Below, piece by piece: positions 19,612-29,854 of a stretch of DNA of 64,000 bases. Every line of letters starts with the position of its first letter. Position 1 is the first letter of the stretch. Under the pieces are notes generated by a model that saw only the letters and a program-made list of their open reading frames with translations, was not told the DNA's origin and ran no database searches. The translations under genes were made by a program, and so were the position numbers. Source of the DNA: Acidobacteriota bacterium (lineage in GTDB: Bacteria > Acidobacteriota > UBA6911). Location of the stretch: NCBI GenBank assembly GCA_963664705.1, contig OY761556.1, forward strand, positions 1,632,001 through 1,696,000, written 5' to 3'.

Positions 19612-21231
19612 ATGGAATTGCTCGGGACTTTTTCTGCAAGCCTGCAACAGGAAAAGAGGGCTGCCATGGATAAGGTGGAACAACGGAATTTTTTGCATCG
19701 TCCCACGGTCAAAAGTTGCGCCAGAGGGCTTTGCCTTAAGAATCCCAATCTCTGCGAGAGTGTCATTTGCCAGGGGCTGCCGACACGAGCCAGGCCGGAA
19801 ATTGGCCGGATTCTTGTTACCGGGGCGTCGGGGTATGTTGGGGGGCGGCTGGTCGTTGAGCTTTTGAATCGGGGGTACCAGGTGCGCGCCATGGTGCGCA
19901 GGAAACTGACTGTATATGAGCAGCGTTGGCCGGGAGCGGAAATTGTGGAAGGGGATGCGCTTCGACCGGATACGCTCCGTAGCGCTTTGGAAGGAACCCG
20001 AGTAGCCTATTATTTGATTCACTCCATGATGCTGGGTCCCCGATCGTTCTCGGATTCGGATCTGCAGGCCGCCCGGAACTTCGCGGAGGCCGCACACACA
20101 GCAAATATCGAGCGCATCGTCTACCTTGGAGGCCTGGGCGAGCGCCATGCCAACCTTTCAGAACATTTGCGCAACCGCATGGAGGTGGCAGAGGTATTGT
20201 GTGCCGGAAAAGTTCCGGTGACCATTCTACGTGCTGCCATTATCCTGGGTTCGGGGAGTGCTTCGTACGAGATTATGCAGCACCTGGTGTCGGTTTTGCG
20301 TGTGATCTTTGTTCCCAAATGGGCAAATAGCAAGTGTCAACCTATTGCGGTTCGTGACGTCATGAAATACCTGATCGGAACCATTGAGGTTCCGGGTACT
20401 GCAAATGGAGAATTCGACATCGGCGGCGTTGAGATCATGAGTTACCGGCAAATGCTCGAGCGGCTTGCACGACTGCTGGGGCGCCGAATATTCCTGGTGC
20501 GCGCGCCGGTCAGTGAGCCCAAGCTATATGGATATTTTGTCAGTCTTCTGACTCCCGTTCCCGCCCCGATTGTCAGCTGCCTGATGGGGAGCCTGAAAAA
20601 TGACGTTACTTGCCAGGACACGCTCATTCGCTCCTTCCTGCCTTTCAAACCCATGCCTTTTGATGAGGCAATCAACGCAGCGGTTGCCAAACTCCAAACC
20701 GATACGGTGGAGACGCGTTGGTCCGATGCCTATCCACCGGGACATGATGTCGTGCCGCAGCTGGATGAACTCACAGAGCGTCCGCGGTTCAGCGCCACCT
20801 ACAGCCTGGTGACGGAGAAATCCCCCTCCGCGCTGTTTCGGTCTTTCTGCCGTGTCGGCGGTCGGAATGGCTGGTTCCGCAATAACTGGATGTGGCGGAT
20901 TCGGGGACTCATCGACCGCATATTGATGGGGGTCGGGAATGCGCGTGGACGCAAACATCATTCATTTGTTGAACTCGGTGAAGTCATCGATTTCTGGCGC
21001 GTGGAAGATTTGAGTGAGGATCAGCGACTCCTGCTCCGGGCGGAAATGAAGATACCGGGCCAAGCATGGCTGGAATTCAAAATCGTGCCTGCCGATCGAA
21101 AAAGAGGATTGGTTGTGTGTGCCTACTTCGCCCCGCGCGGTTTTCTGGGGAGTTACTACTGGTACCTTTTCCTGCCTTTCCACCGGGTAATATTCAAGAA
21201 CCTGATTGAGCAGATTGCTGCCCGTGCCTAA
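19612..21231 (+). CDS. NAD(P)-binding SDR with DUF2867 C-terminal domain (YbjT-like); start uncertain
   Basis: ILVTGASGYVG, AYYLIHSM, GSGSASYE, QPIA, GG..GW, DFWRVE, LRAEMK.PG.AWLEF. Confidence 0.9.
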   Translation: MELLGTFSASLQQEKRAAMDKVEQRNFLHRPTVKSCARGLCLKNPNLCESVICQGLPTRARPEIGRILVTGASGYVGGRLVVELLNRGYQVRAMVRRKLTVYEQRWPGAEIVEGDALRPDTLRSALEGTRVAYYLIHSMMLGPRSFSDSDLQAARNFAEAAHTANIERIVYLGGLGERHANLSEHLRNRMEVAEVLCAGKVPVTILRAAIILGSGSASYEIMQHLVSVLRVIFVPKWANSKCQPIAVRDVMKYLIGTIEVPGTANGEFDIGGVEIMSYRQMLERLARLLGRRIFLVRAPVSEPKLYGYFVSLLTPVPAPIVSCLMGSLKNDVTCQDTLIRSFLPFKPMPFDEAINAAVAKLQTDTVETRWSDAYPPGHDVVPQLDELTERPRFSATYSLVTEKSPSALFRSFCRVGGRNGWFRNNWMWRIRGLIDRILMGVGNARGRKHHSFVELGEVIDFWRVEDLSEDQRLLLRAEMKIPGQAWLEFKIVPADRKRGLVVCAYFAPRGFLGSYYWYLFLPFHRVIFKNLIEQIAARA

Positions 21232-21813
21232 CCCGACTAAATTGGGCGGATAAAAGAATATCTTCTGATTTTCCACAAACTTGACGAAAAGCTTAATGTG
21301 GCAATGCAATTGCATGTCAGCCCTGAGGTTTGAGCCGTTCTGCAACCAAGGCTTGGGATTATCGTTAAGCATGAATGATAGCATTTGGGTTGGAGATGGA
21401 CGCCCGTTGCCTGATCCGATCTTTGGGTACTTGCCTGCTACCGGGGTTTTTTCTCGCCTGAGTCGGACGCCTTCCCGGAGGCAAATGATCGTGTTCGCGC
21501 ATAGAAATCTTTGCATCGGCGGCTCCGCCAAACCCTTTAGGGCCTGCCTGGTTTTTGGTTGAAGGTTTTTCCGGGATCCGCCGGCCGCTCCCAACAGATT
21601 TAAGCCTGGAGTCCATTGTTCAGGAAAATATGATGAAGCATCGATCAATATTGACAATATTTAGCTTTCTTGCCAATAATAAGCCGCGGGGAATCAGGGC
21701 CTGCAACAGGCCTCAGTACTTTCCACGGATATGGTTTCGTCTAATTCCCCAGTTCCTACGGATGGATTGTTCTTCAACTACAAACGAGAATAGCATTTCT
21801 AGGATTCCCAGGT

Positions 21814-23271
21814 ATGTATTCTGAATCACAAATCGGCAATTTTGCAATGCGGACGGCTAAGTCCTTTAGGGCCAATAGCGTCCGAAATCTGTTTATTTTC
21901 ATTCTACTTGTCGGTTGTGCGGCGGCGAATCTTTTTGCCGGCAAACACCCGGTTCCTCTCGCGGCGGATATCGATGCAGCCAAGTGTATCGAATGCCACG
22001 AGAACAAGACGAAGGAAAAGTCCATTCACACCGCGGTCAAAGGCGGCTGTTTTTCCTGCCACGAGGTGCGTGTTCGAGGTGAGGTCACACGCGTCAACCT
22101 GACAACGACAACGATTCTCCCGCTTTGCCTGAAATGCCACACGGACAAGACAGCAGCTCCCGGGCAGGGACTGTTGCATCCCCCGGTGGCAAAGGATTGT
22201 ACCATGTGCCATGATCCGCACGATTCTCCGAACAAGGATCATCTGGTAAAGACGCTTTCGGGCGACAGCAAAGAGAACCTTTGCCTCCGGTGCCATAACA
22301 AAGGATTAGATGTCTCGGCCAACGGGAGCCGGCATGCGCCCCTCGACATGGGATGCGATACCTGCCACGTTATTCACAAAAAAGGTGTGCGCGGAAATCC
22401 GGAATCCAATCTGCATCTGAGCGCCGATCCGCACACATTATGTGTCGGCTGCCATGATGTGAAAAACGAGTCGCTGGTCAAGGCGCACCAGGGGCAGCCT
22501 TTTGAAAAAGCGGATTGCCTGGCCTGTCATGCGGTGCATCAGTCCGATGGACCCAAGCTGATCCAGAAATATGCCCATACTCCGTATGCGAGCAAATCGT
22601 GCGATGCCTGTCACCAGGCGCCGAAGGACGGAAAAGTAGTCCTGACCAAAGCGGATTCCAAAGCGCTTTGCCTTGACTGCCATGCGGATACCAACAACAA
22701 GATCCAGGGTGCGAAGGTGCAGCATGCAGGGGCAATGGGCGAGTGTGTGGATTGTCACGATCCGCATGCATCCAGGAAGCCCGGATATGTACGTCCAGAC
22801 CCGGTAAGTGCGTGTCTCAAGTGCCACAGCGCTCAGTCCAAGCTTCAAAGCACCAAGACGATTCTGCACAAGGCTGCTTTCAGGGACGGGTGTGCCACCT
22901 GTCATGAGCCGCATGGTGGGAGTCGCCCAAAGCTGCTTCGTGCCGATACCAACGAATTATGCCTGTCCTGCCACGGCACCAATGTAAAGCCGCAGAAGGT
23001 GGAAGGCCAGAAACTGGTCTCCATTTTTGGCGGCGCGGTCCGGCTTCCGGAAAACTATTTCGATTCGGTGCCTCGCGTAGCATTGAAATGGGGCCTGGGG
23101 CATCCGATTGACAAGCACCCGGTTGGAGACTATGCGGATCCGCTGGATCCCAAAAAAGAGAGGAAGCTTTCCTGCCTGTCGTGCCATCAGGCGCACGCCG
23201 GCAATGCCAAGGCGATGCTGATTACGGATCAGCCGCAATCGCTGTCATTCTGCAGCCAATGTCACAAGTGA
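21814..23271 (+). CDS. 16-heme cytochrome c (paired-CxxCH type), exported
   Basis: 16 CxxCH motifs counted; signal peptide; true start may be the downstream ATG. Confidence 0.92.
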   Translation: MYSESQIGNFAMRTAKSFRANSVRNLFIFILLVGCAAANLFAGKHPVPLAADIDAAKCIECHENKTKEKSIHTAVKGGCFSCHEVRVRGEVTRVNLTTTTILPLCLKCHTDKTAAPGQGLLHPPVAKDCTMCHDPHDSPNKDHLVKTLSGDSKENLCLRCHNKGLDVSANGSRHAPLDMGCDTCHVIHKKGVRGNPESNLHLSADPHTLCVGCHDVKNESLVKAHQGQPFEKADCLACHAVHQSDGPKLIQKYAHTPYASKSCDACHQAPKDGKVVLTKADSKALCLDCHADTNNKIQGAKVQHAGAMGECVDCHDPHASRKPGYVRPDPVSACLKCHSAQSKLQSTKTILHKAAFRDGCATCHEPHGGSRPKLLRADTNELCLSCHGTNVKPQKVEGQKLVSIFGGAVRLPENYFDSVPRVALKWGLGHPIDKHPVGDYADPLDPKKERKLSCLSCHQAHAGNAKAMLITDQPQSLSFCSQCHK

Positions 23272-23293
23272 TGGGAGACTGTGGGAGCTATTT

Positions 23294-24661
23294 ATGACGC
23301 GACAAATGGATCAGGCCGATAAGGTCATGGTAAGTGAAGGCAGACATAGAGATATGGGTATCCAGAAGGTGGGAGGAGCAAACAAGATGTCGGCAGTTCG
23401 GAACAACTCGGTTTCTTGCCGGATTACGCGCCGGACACTGTTAACCGTACTGATGATTGCGCTGGCCCTCATCACGACGTATTCGCTGTTCGCCAAGGGA
23501 GAAAAGAAAAAGAAGAGCCCCAAGGAAGATGAATCAACCGCCGCATCGCTGGATAACCGGAAGCTTTGGGAAAGTCTTGATCTCTCCAAGTTTGTCTGGC
23601 CGAATCCGCCGGCAATTACCCGGATCCGGTATTTGAACTATTGGTCCGGCGAAAAGTTCGTCGAGAAAAAGCAGGCAAAAAAGGCCAGCTGGATGGAGCG
23701 CGTTTCGGGAATTGCCACCGGCTCTACTCCCAGCGATGCAAAGGTTCGTTGGCAATTGATTTCTCCGAATGGGATCGCGGTGGATTCCAAAAACCTCGTC
23801 TATATTGCCGACAGTAAAGTTCGGGCCATATTCATCGTTAACATTGAGACCGGCGAATATTCGATGATCAAGAACGGTTCCAATGCCAAATTCCAGTGGC
23901 TCATTGGCCTGGCAATTGATGACACCGACCGGTTGTTTGCGGCCGACAGCGCCCTTCGACATGTGGCTGTTTTTGATAAGGACCATAAGTATGAAGGGTC
24001 GATTTCCGAAGGTCTCTATGCACCCGGGGGCGTTGCTGTCGACAACGAAAACCGTTTGCTCTACGTCACCGATGCGGAACAGGACCTGGTGCTTGTATAC
24101 GATGCCGATCCGCCGTTCAAGCTCATCCGGAAGCTAGGCAAGGCCGGAACGGAGCACACCTCGACTTTGCCGGGCGAATTTGCCAAGCCGGTGGGCGTGG
24201 CGGTGGACCAGGACGGAAATGTGTATATATCCGACACCTGGAATAACCGGGTCGAGGTCTTTAACGCCGATGGTACGTTCATAAGAACGTTCGGCGAAGC
24301 AGGGGATGGCCCGGGGTATTTCGCGCGGCCCAAGGGCATTTCCATTGATGGAGATGGCCATGTCTGGGTTGCTGATGGCATGCAGGACCGTGTCCAGGTG
24401 TTTACGCCTGATGGGCGGCTGCTGATTTACATGGGAGAGCATGGTTTGCTGCCGGGTCAATTTCAGAGCCTCACCAATGTGATGGTTGACAAAAAAAACC
24501 GAGTCTTTACCACGGAGCTGTATCCGGGCCGGTTACAGGCGTTTCAGTATTACACGAATTCTGAAGCAAAGGCAGAACTGGATCGACGCAATGCGGAGAG
24601 CAAGAAGAAGGCGGATCAACTGAAGCCGGGATCTTCATCCACTCCCGCGCCGAAAAATTAG
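23294..24661 (+). CDS. NHL-repeat beta-propeller with N-terminal membrane anchor/signal
   Basis: P.GIAVD, FAKPVGVAVD, FARPKGISID repeats; WPNPP...RI.Y N-terminal motif; start uncertain. Confidence 0.9.
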   Translation: MTRQMDQADKVMVSEGRHRDMGIQKVGGANKMSAVRNNSVSCRITRRTLLTVLMIALALITTYSLFAKGEKKKKSPKEDESTAASLDNRKLWESLDLSKFVWPNPPAITRIRYLNYWSGEKFVEKKQAKKASWMERVSGIATGSTPSDAKVRWQLISPNGIAVDSKNLVYIADSKVRAIFIVNIETGEYSMIKNGSNAKFQWLIGLAIDDTDRLFAADSALRHVAVFDKDHKYEGSISEGLYAPGGVAVDNENRLLYVTDAEQDLVLVYDADPPFKLIRKLGKAGTEHTSTLPGEFAKPVGVAVDQDGNVYISDTWNNRVEVFNADGTFIRTFGEAGDGPGYFARPKGISIDGDGHVWVADGMQDRVQVFTPDGRLLIYMGEHGLLPGQFQSLTNVMVDKKNRVFTTELYPGRLQAFQYYTNSEAKAELDRRNAESKKKADQLKPGSSSTPAPKN

Positions 24662-24799
24662 TTTGCCACAACGGGTTTGGCTGCCGGCTCAATCTGGCGG
24701 CCAGGATCGGGTCGGGGTTCACTGCGGCCCGGGAAGTAAAAGTGCAATGCAGGTTAAAACCTTAGTTAAGTTGGATCCCTTATCAGGAGGCTTTAGTTC

Positions 24800-25861
24800 A
24801 TGAAGAAAATTATGATTTTCGCCCTCGCCGTGTTGGTTTGCACCAGCGTGGCCATGGCCCAGTCGTATGTCCGTGGTACCGGTATCACGGGTATCGACAA
24901 ATTAGGCGCTCACCAGAACGGTGGACGCGGTTGCGTTGGATGCCACGCCCCGCACAGCGGAGTCCGCGGCAACGGCGGTGCTCTCACCGCGAGTTCCGTT
25001 CTTACGTCCACGGCCAACACACACAATGCCACTGGTTCTCAGTATTCCTGGTCGAACCAGTCCACAATCAAAGGCGATGTTGGTGATGAAACGCTGTGGG
25101 GACAGGATATCGGTCCCATCGTCACAATGACCATCCGTACGGGTGCGGATGGTGGCTTTGCTGCGGACCTGTCGACGTCGGCAACAAGAGAGCGCGTCAA
25201 AACCGGTATCGTTTATTGCCTCAGCTGCCATGACGGCAACGTGGCCAAGGGTGCCATGATGACGAACCAGTCTTTCGAGCAGAGCGCGGGGCTTTTGCCT
25301 TCGAGCTACGGCTCTCAGCCGATCCCGACCCTGTTGGGCGCGGATGGCGGCTCCGGCGGCAACTATGAGAACGATCATCCGATCGGGCCGAACGCCAAAC
25401 TCAGCCTCCTCGGCACATCCTCGGTTTCAAAGTACGTGGACCTCGACAACGCCAGCAACCCGACCAAGCTGATCCTGAAGTCCAGCCAGCCGGATGCCCT
25501 GTATACAACGTTTCAATCCAATTATGGCTTGCCGACGATTACCGGAGCTCGCGCAGGTGCCGGTTTTGCGGTGGAAAAGGGCATGACAACCGCGGGTGAT
25601 GCATATGTAGTCTGCACAACCTGCCATACGCCGCACAGCATGTACACGGCATCCGCCAGCGGCACGAATCCTATCGGCGGCTTGACCTCCGGTACTTTCC
25701 CCAGCTACTTCTTCATCGCGGCTCCCTACAACCCGGGCGCAAACACTGCCAACGGAACGAAGGCCTCATCCGCCACTCAGTTCTGCCGTCAGTGCCACTT
25801 CACGGGTGCAGGTGGTTCGAACGAAGGAAGCAATATCCTGACTATTCAGACCGCTTTCTAG
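24800..25861 (+). CDS. Tetraheme cytochrome c, enlarged OmcE-like (candidate filament subunit)
   Basis: Strong RBS CAGGAGG and signal peptide. Motif order H..CVGCHAPH..LW..CLSCHDG..NDHPIG..CTTCHTPH..FF..CRQCH. Confidence 0.75.
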   Translation: MKKIMIFALAVLVCTSVAMAQSYVRGTGITGIDKLGAHQNGGRGCVGCHAPHSGVRGNGGALTASSVLTSTANTHNATGSQYSWSNQSTIKGDVGDETLWGQDIGPIVTMTIRTGADGGFAADLSTSATRERVKTGIVYCLSCHDGNVAKGAMMTNQSFEQSAGLLPSSYGSQPIPTLLGADGGSGGNYENDHPIGPNAKLSLLGTSSVSKYVDLDNASNPTKLILKSSQPDALYTTFQSNYGLPTITGARAGAGFAVEKGMTTAGDAYVVCTTCHTPHSMYTASASGTNPIGGLTSGTFPSYFFIAAPYNPGANTANGTKASSATQFCRQCHFTGAGGSNEGSNILTIQTAF

Positions 25862-25873
25862 CTGGCATTTTCC

Positions 25874-25898
25874 AGGGGGGGGAGTATTCCTCCCCCCT
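25874..25898 (+). terminator. GC hairpin immediately after the tetraheme gene (internal terminator or stabiliser)
   Basis: AGGGGGGGGAGTATTCCTCCCCCCT. Confidence 0.6.
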
Positions 25899-25927
25899 AA
25901 TCTGGTTATCGTTTGTTGAGAGGATTT

Positions 25928-26941
25928 ATGAATTTCCGGTTGTGCGCGATTGCTGCGGGCCTGCTCTACAGTTCCATGGCCTTTGGGCAGTCGCCGTTGG
26001 CTTCGGCACACACTTCCACTACCAGCAAAGCGGCCGCAAGTACTGAAAGCGAAGCGACAAAGCCGGCCGTGCGAGTCAATGGCTCTGTGTTGACGGAAGC
26101 CGATGTGATTCGCGAAATGTATACGATTTTTCCCTACGCGCGCCAACACGGCGGTTTTCCGAAGGCAATGGAAGGGGATATTCGGAAGGGCGCCATCGAA
26201 ATGATTGTTTTTGAGGAATTGGTTTACCAGGAAGCCAAAAGGTTGAAGGTTCCTATTGCACCGGAACGGTTGAGCCGCGCGGAGGCGGAGTTTATCCAGC
26301 AGCTTGGTTCCAGCGCCTATGAGCAGTTTTTGCGCACGGAATGCCAGGGCTCCAAGACGGTATTGCGTGAGAAAATCCGGCGTTCATTGCTGATCGAGAA
26401 GATGCTGCGAACTGAGGTCGAACAGAAGTCGATCGTTACCCCTGTTGCGGCCAAAGCCTATTATGACAAGAATCCAAAGCAATTCGAAAAATCGGAGAGT
26501 TTGCGGATTCAGACGATTTCGATCATCCCGCCCCAGCGTGGTACAGATTTGGACAAGGAGGCGCGCCGGCGCGCTGATGAAGCTTTCAAACTGGCTCAGG
26601 CGGCAAAAAGCTATCAGGACTTCGGACTTCTCGCGGAGAAGGTGTCGGATGATGATTGGCACGTAAGCATGGGCGACCGCAAGTTGGTTGAGGCATCGAA
26701 ACTTCCTCCTCCGGTTGTACAAGCGGCAGCAGAAATGAAACCGGGCGAGGTCAGCAAACTGATTCAGCTGGGAAACGCCTATACCATTTTCCGCCTGGTT
26801 GAGCATCAGCCTGCCGGACTAACGCCGTTTGAAAAAGTGAAGGCACAATTGCAGTCAGATCTGCAAAAACAAAGGCGCGTGGATCTGCGTGCGGCACTGA
26901 ATAAGAAGCTGCGGGAGAACGCAAAAGTTGAAGTGTTTTAA
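25928..26941 (+). CDS. SurA/PrsA-like chaperone with parvulin (PpiC) domain
   Basis: Signal peptide, VRVNG..LTE, L.YQEA, F..LAEK.SDD, MKPGEVS.LI, PFEKVK. Confidence 0.85.
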   Translation: MNFRLCAIAAGLLYSSMAFGQSPLASAHTSTTSKAAASTESEATKPAVRVNGSVLTEADVIREMYTIFPYARQHGGFPKAMEGDIRKGAIEMIVFEELVYQEAKRLKVPIAPERLSRAEAEFIQQLGSSAYEQFLRTECQGSKTVLREKIRRSLLIEKMLRTEVEQKSIVTPVAAKAYYDKNPKQFEKSESLRIQTISIIPPQRGTDLDKEARRRADEAFKLAQAAKSYQDFGLLAEKVSDDDWHVSMGDRKLVEASKLPPPVVQAAAEMKPGEVSKLIQLGNAYTIFRLVEHQPAGLTPFEKVKAQLQSDLQKQRRVDLRAALNKKLRENAKVEVF

Positions 26942-26948
26942 GATTGCA

Positions 26949-28781
26949 ATGATTGACCCAAAGACAAAATCAGGCAGAATTCCCACGGCAATTGCGATAT
27001 GCCTTTTGCTCTCGTTTGCGGCAGCGGCAAATGCGCAGACAACGGTCGGGGATAATCTCCACATGACCATGAATGGAAGCCTGGGCGCCAGCTACGAAGG
27101 CAGCTATGGGGATTCCATCGGCTCCAACCATGGCCTCGGCTTTGGGGTAAATGGCGATTTGAACGGCTATTATTTTGATCCCAATTTTCTCAATTTTCGC
27201 GTGCGCCCCTATTATGACCGGATACAATCCAATGCGGAGTCGCAGTCGGTCACGCGCGGTACCGGCATCGAGGGTTCGGTGGGCGTGTTTGGTGGCAGCC
27301 ATTTCCCTGGATCGATTTCCTATGGAAAAGATTTCAGCCGAAACAGCGAATTCCGCTTTGCCGGCGTCCCTTCGGTCCTGGGAAATTCAACCGGAAGCAA
27401 CATCGACATTGCCTGGAGTGCATTGTTTGAAAATCGGCCCACGCTTCATGCCAACTATCTGATTGCTGATTCCACCGCAACGCTGCTTGGCACGGAAAGC
27501 CAAAGCAAGAGTTCCTCCCGCAGCCTGAGCCTGAATTCTGATTACAAGGCCGGCGGGTTCAGCCTTCATGGCATCCTGAACCATTACAACACGGAATTTG
27601 TATCTCCAAGCTTTGTGACCGGGGAAACGATCGGCAACTCTTCATCAAGCACGAATTACGGAGCAACCGCTGTGCGCCGGTTGCCGCTATCGGGGAGTCT
27701 TGCCCTGGGATGGTCTCGTTCCACCTCGGAAAATGGAGCCAGCGATTCTTCAAACAATTCCTACTCGGCATCGGCGATCTTTTCGCCCTGGGAGCGATTG
27801 GTCATCAGTCAGAGCTGGAACTATACAACCAACGTGATTGCCGCGCTGGCAGAGAGCCTTGGCGGAGACGTCAATTCCGCAATCTTCGGATCCAAGGACG
27901 GCTGGAGCGCGATGTACATGAGCACCACGGGAACGCTCATGTTGGGCAATGGCCTCACGGTCTCCGGCCACTTGAACCATCGGATTCAGCATTTTGATGG
28001 TAGCAATCTGGGCGATACGCAGTACGGCGGCAACGTAACCTTCCGCCGGGCCAGTCATCTTTTCGGTTTTCTACACTTCTCCGTCGGCATCGTAGACACG
28101 GCAACCAAAGAAGGAAATACCGGCATTGGGCTTGTGGGAGATCTCAGTATGACGCGAAAATTTGGCCGTTGGGACACTGCGGCTGATTTCAGTTTTTCGC
28201 AGGATACGCAAACGCTCTATTCCGTCGCTACCACAAACAATTATGGTTTTGGTGGCTCACTCCGGCGCAAAATCAACTCGTCAACATACTGGAGCGGCAG
28301 TTACAGGGAAACGCGCAGTGGATTGACTACGCAGGACGGCAACAACAACCGGTCCAAGGGAGTCGCGACCAGCTTTTCCTGGAGCCGATTCGCTTTCGCC
28401 GGCAACTACTCACGATCGAGCGGTGCCGCGGTATTGTTGGTTGACGGTTCGCTAACCGCAACTCCGGTTGGTTCCATTATCAGCGATTATTTTCTGACTT
28501 TTAATGCCCGCAGCATCGGCATAAACTCTAGGACGAGGTTGCTTCGTGTGCTTAGCCTGTTCGGTGGCTATACGAAGGTTTCCAGCAACAGCACGCAGAA
28601 TGAATTGGGCACGTTTAACAACGGCAAGCGCTTCAATGCCCGTCTCGAATTGAGGATGCGGCGCTTGAACATCTTTGCCGGATACGATCGCGCGGTTCAG
28701 GACTCCAGTGCAGTACCAGGTGGACCGAAAGTGGTTAACTCCTATTATGTGAGTCTATCAAGATGGTTCAACGTGTTTTAA
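26949..28781 (+). CDS. Outer-membrane beta-barrel protein
   Basis: Signal peptide; Ser/Gly/Tyr-rich amphipathic strands; GYYFDPNF motif; C-terminal YVSLSRWFNVF ending in Phe; no CxxCH. Confidence 0.75.
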   Translation: MIDPKTKSGRIPTAIAICLLLSFAAAANAQTTVGDNLHMTMNGSLGASYEGSYGDSIGSNHGLGFGVNGDLNGYYFDPNFLNFRVRPYYDRIQSNAESQSVTRGTGIEGSVGVFGGSHFPGSISYGKDFSRNSEFRFAGVPSVLGNSTGSNIDIAWSALFENRPTLHANYLIADSTATLLGTESQSKSSSRSLSLNSDYKAGGFSLHGILNHYNTEFVSPSFVTGETIGNSSSSTNYGATAVRRLPLSGSLALGWSRSTSENGASDSSNNSYSASAIFSPWERLVISQSWNYTTNVIAALAESLGGDVNSAIFGSKDGWSAMYMSTTGTLMLGNGLTVSGHLNHRIQHFDGSNLGDTQYGGNVTFRRASHLFGFLHFSVGIVDTATKEGNTGIGLVGDLSMTRKFGRWDTAADFSFSQDTQTLYSVATTNNYGFGGSLRRKINSSTYWSGSYRETRSGLTTQDGNNNRSKGVATSFSWSRFAFAGNYSRSSGAAVLLVDGSLTATPVGSIISDYFLTFNARSIGINSRTRLLRVLSLFGGYTKVSSNSTQNELGTFNNGKRFNARLELRMRRLNIFAGYDRAVQDSSAVPGGPKVVNSYYVSLSRWFNVF

Positions 28782-29854
28782 TCCGGGCGCGCGGCGTATG
28801 GATCGCTCTGCTGCTGGGTATTCTTGTACTTCCTTTCTCCTCTGCATTTGCCTTTAAGCAATCGAAGACCCCGGCGGAAAAGCCCTGGCCTGAACTCCTT
28901 CTTGAGGCCGGACGGAAGCTGAGCTACCAGCAATCGATCAAATCCGAACGGGATGTGGGCGGGAAGCAGGGTTTCTGGTCCAAGTTTGCGAATATTGTGG
29001 CGGGTGCGCCCGAGTTCCGTGAAATGGTGCGTCCGTATGGAATCGCGGTCGATTCCCATGGCCGTGTGATCGTTACCGATCCAGCCATTGCTTCTGTGCA
29101 TATTTTCGATTTTGCGGGGCGCAAGTATAAGCTGATCGATCGGTGGGAAAAAAACCGGGACCCGATGGTCGCGCCTCAATGCGTGGCTGTGGATGAGAAG
29201 GACAACATTTATGTGACGGACTCGGAAGCGGGCAAAATATTTGTTTTCGATCCGCAGGGCAAGACGCGCAAAGTTTTTGGCAGCCTGAAACGGGGTGAAG
29301 GCTTTTTCAAGCGGCCCACGGGCATTGCCATCGATAGGGAGACGCATCGTGTCTACGTGACCGATACGCTGTCTGATCGAGTTTACATTCTTGATGCCGA
29401 GGGGACGGTACTGCGCAGCTTTGGCCAACGCGGCGGGGAAAGAGGCGAATTCAACTTTCCGGTCGAAGTGCAGGTGAAGGATGGTGTGGTCGCGGTGGTC
29501 GATGCCATGAATTTCCGCGTCCAGTTATTTGATCGTGATGGCAACTTCCAGGCTCAGATTGGAACCAGCGGTGATCCGGCCGGCGGTATCTACCGCCCCA
29601 GAGGCGTCGGGATCGACTCAGAAAATCATATTTACATTGTGGACAGCGAGTGGGGAATGGTGCAGGTATTTGATCTCAGAGGTCGCCTGCTTTACCGTTT
29701 CGGGAATGGCACCAACTTTGGCCAGTTCCTGCTCCCCGCCGGATTGTTCATAGATCGGAATGATCGCGTTTACCTGGTGGACTCCTACAATCGTCGAGTG
29801 CAGGTCTTCCAGTATCGTGCCATTCAGCGATCCACGACTGGAGTGCCGCAATGA
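28763..29854 (+). CDS. NHL-repeat beta-propeller, exported
   Basis: RPYGIAVD, FKRPTGIAID, GEFNFP, RPRGVGID, GQFLLPAG.FID, DSYNRRVQVF. Confidence 0.9.
   Translation: MVQRVLIRARGVWIALLLGILVLPFSSAFAFKQSKTPAEKPWPELLLEAGRKLSYQQSIKSERDVGGKQGFWSKFANIVAGAPEFREMVRPYGIAVDSHGRVIVTDPAIASVHIFDFAGRKYKLIDRWEKNRDPMVAPQCVAVDEKDNIYVTDSEAGKIFVFDPQGKTRKVFGSLKRGEGFFKRPTGIAIDRETHRVYVTDTLSDRVYILDAEGTVLRSFGQRGGERGEFNFPVEVQVKDGVVAVVDAMNFRVQLFDRDGNFQAQIGTSGDPAGGIYRPRGVGIDSENHIYIVDSEWGMVQVFDLRGRLLYRFGNGTNFGQFLLPAGLFIDRNDRVYLVDSYNRRVQVFQYRAIQRSTTGVPQ

Noticed and set aside
24662-24799. GEMM cyclic-dinucleotide riboswitch of the kind found before Geobacter cytochrome genes
   Set aside because: Consensus GEMM stems and tetraloop/receptor are not recognisable here; an Rfam scan would be needed.
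21814-28781. Plain MtrAB/DmsEF porin-cytochrome pair
   Set aside because: The barrel is separated from the multiheme gene by propeller, tetraheme and chaperone genes, and there is no decaheme MtrA-type protein. Not fully excluded without structure prediction.
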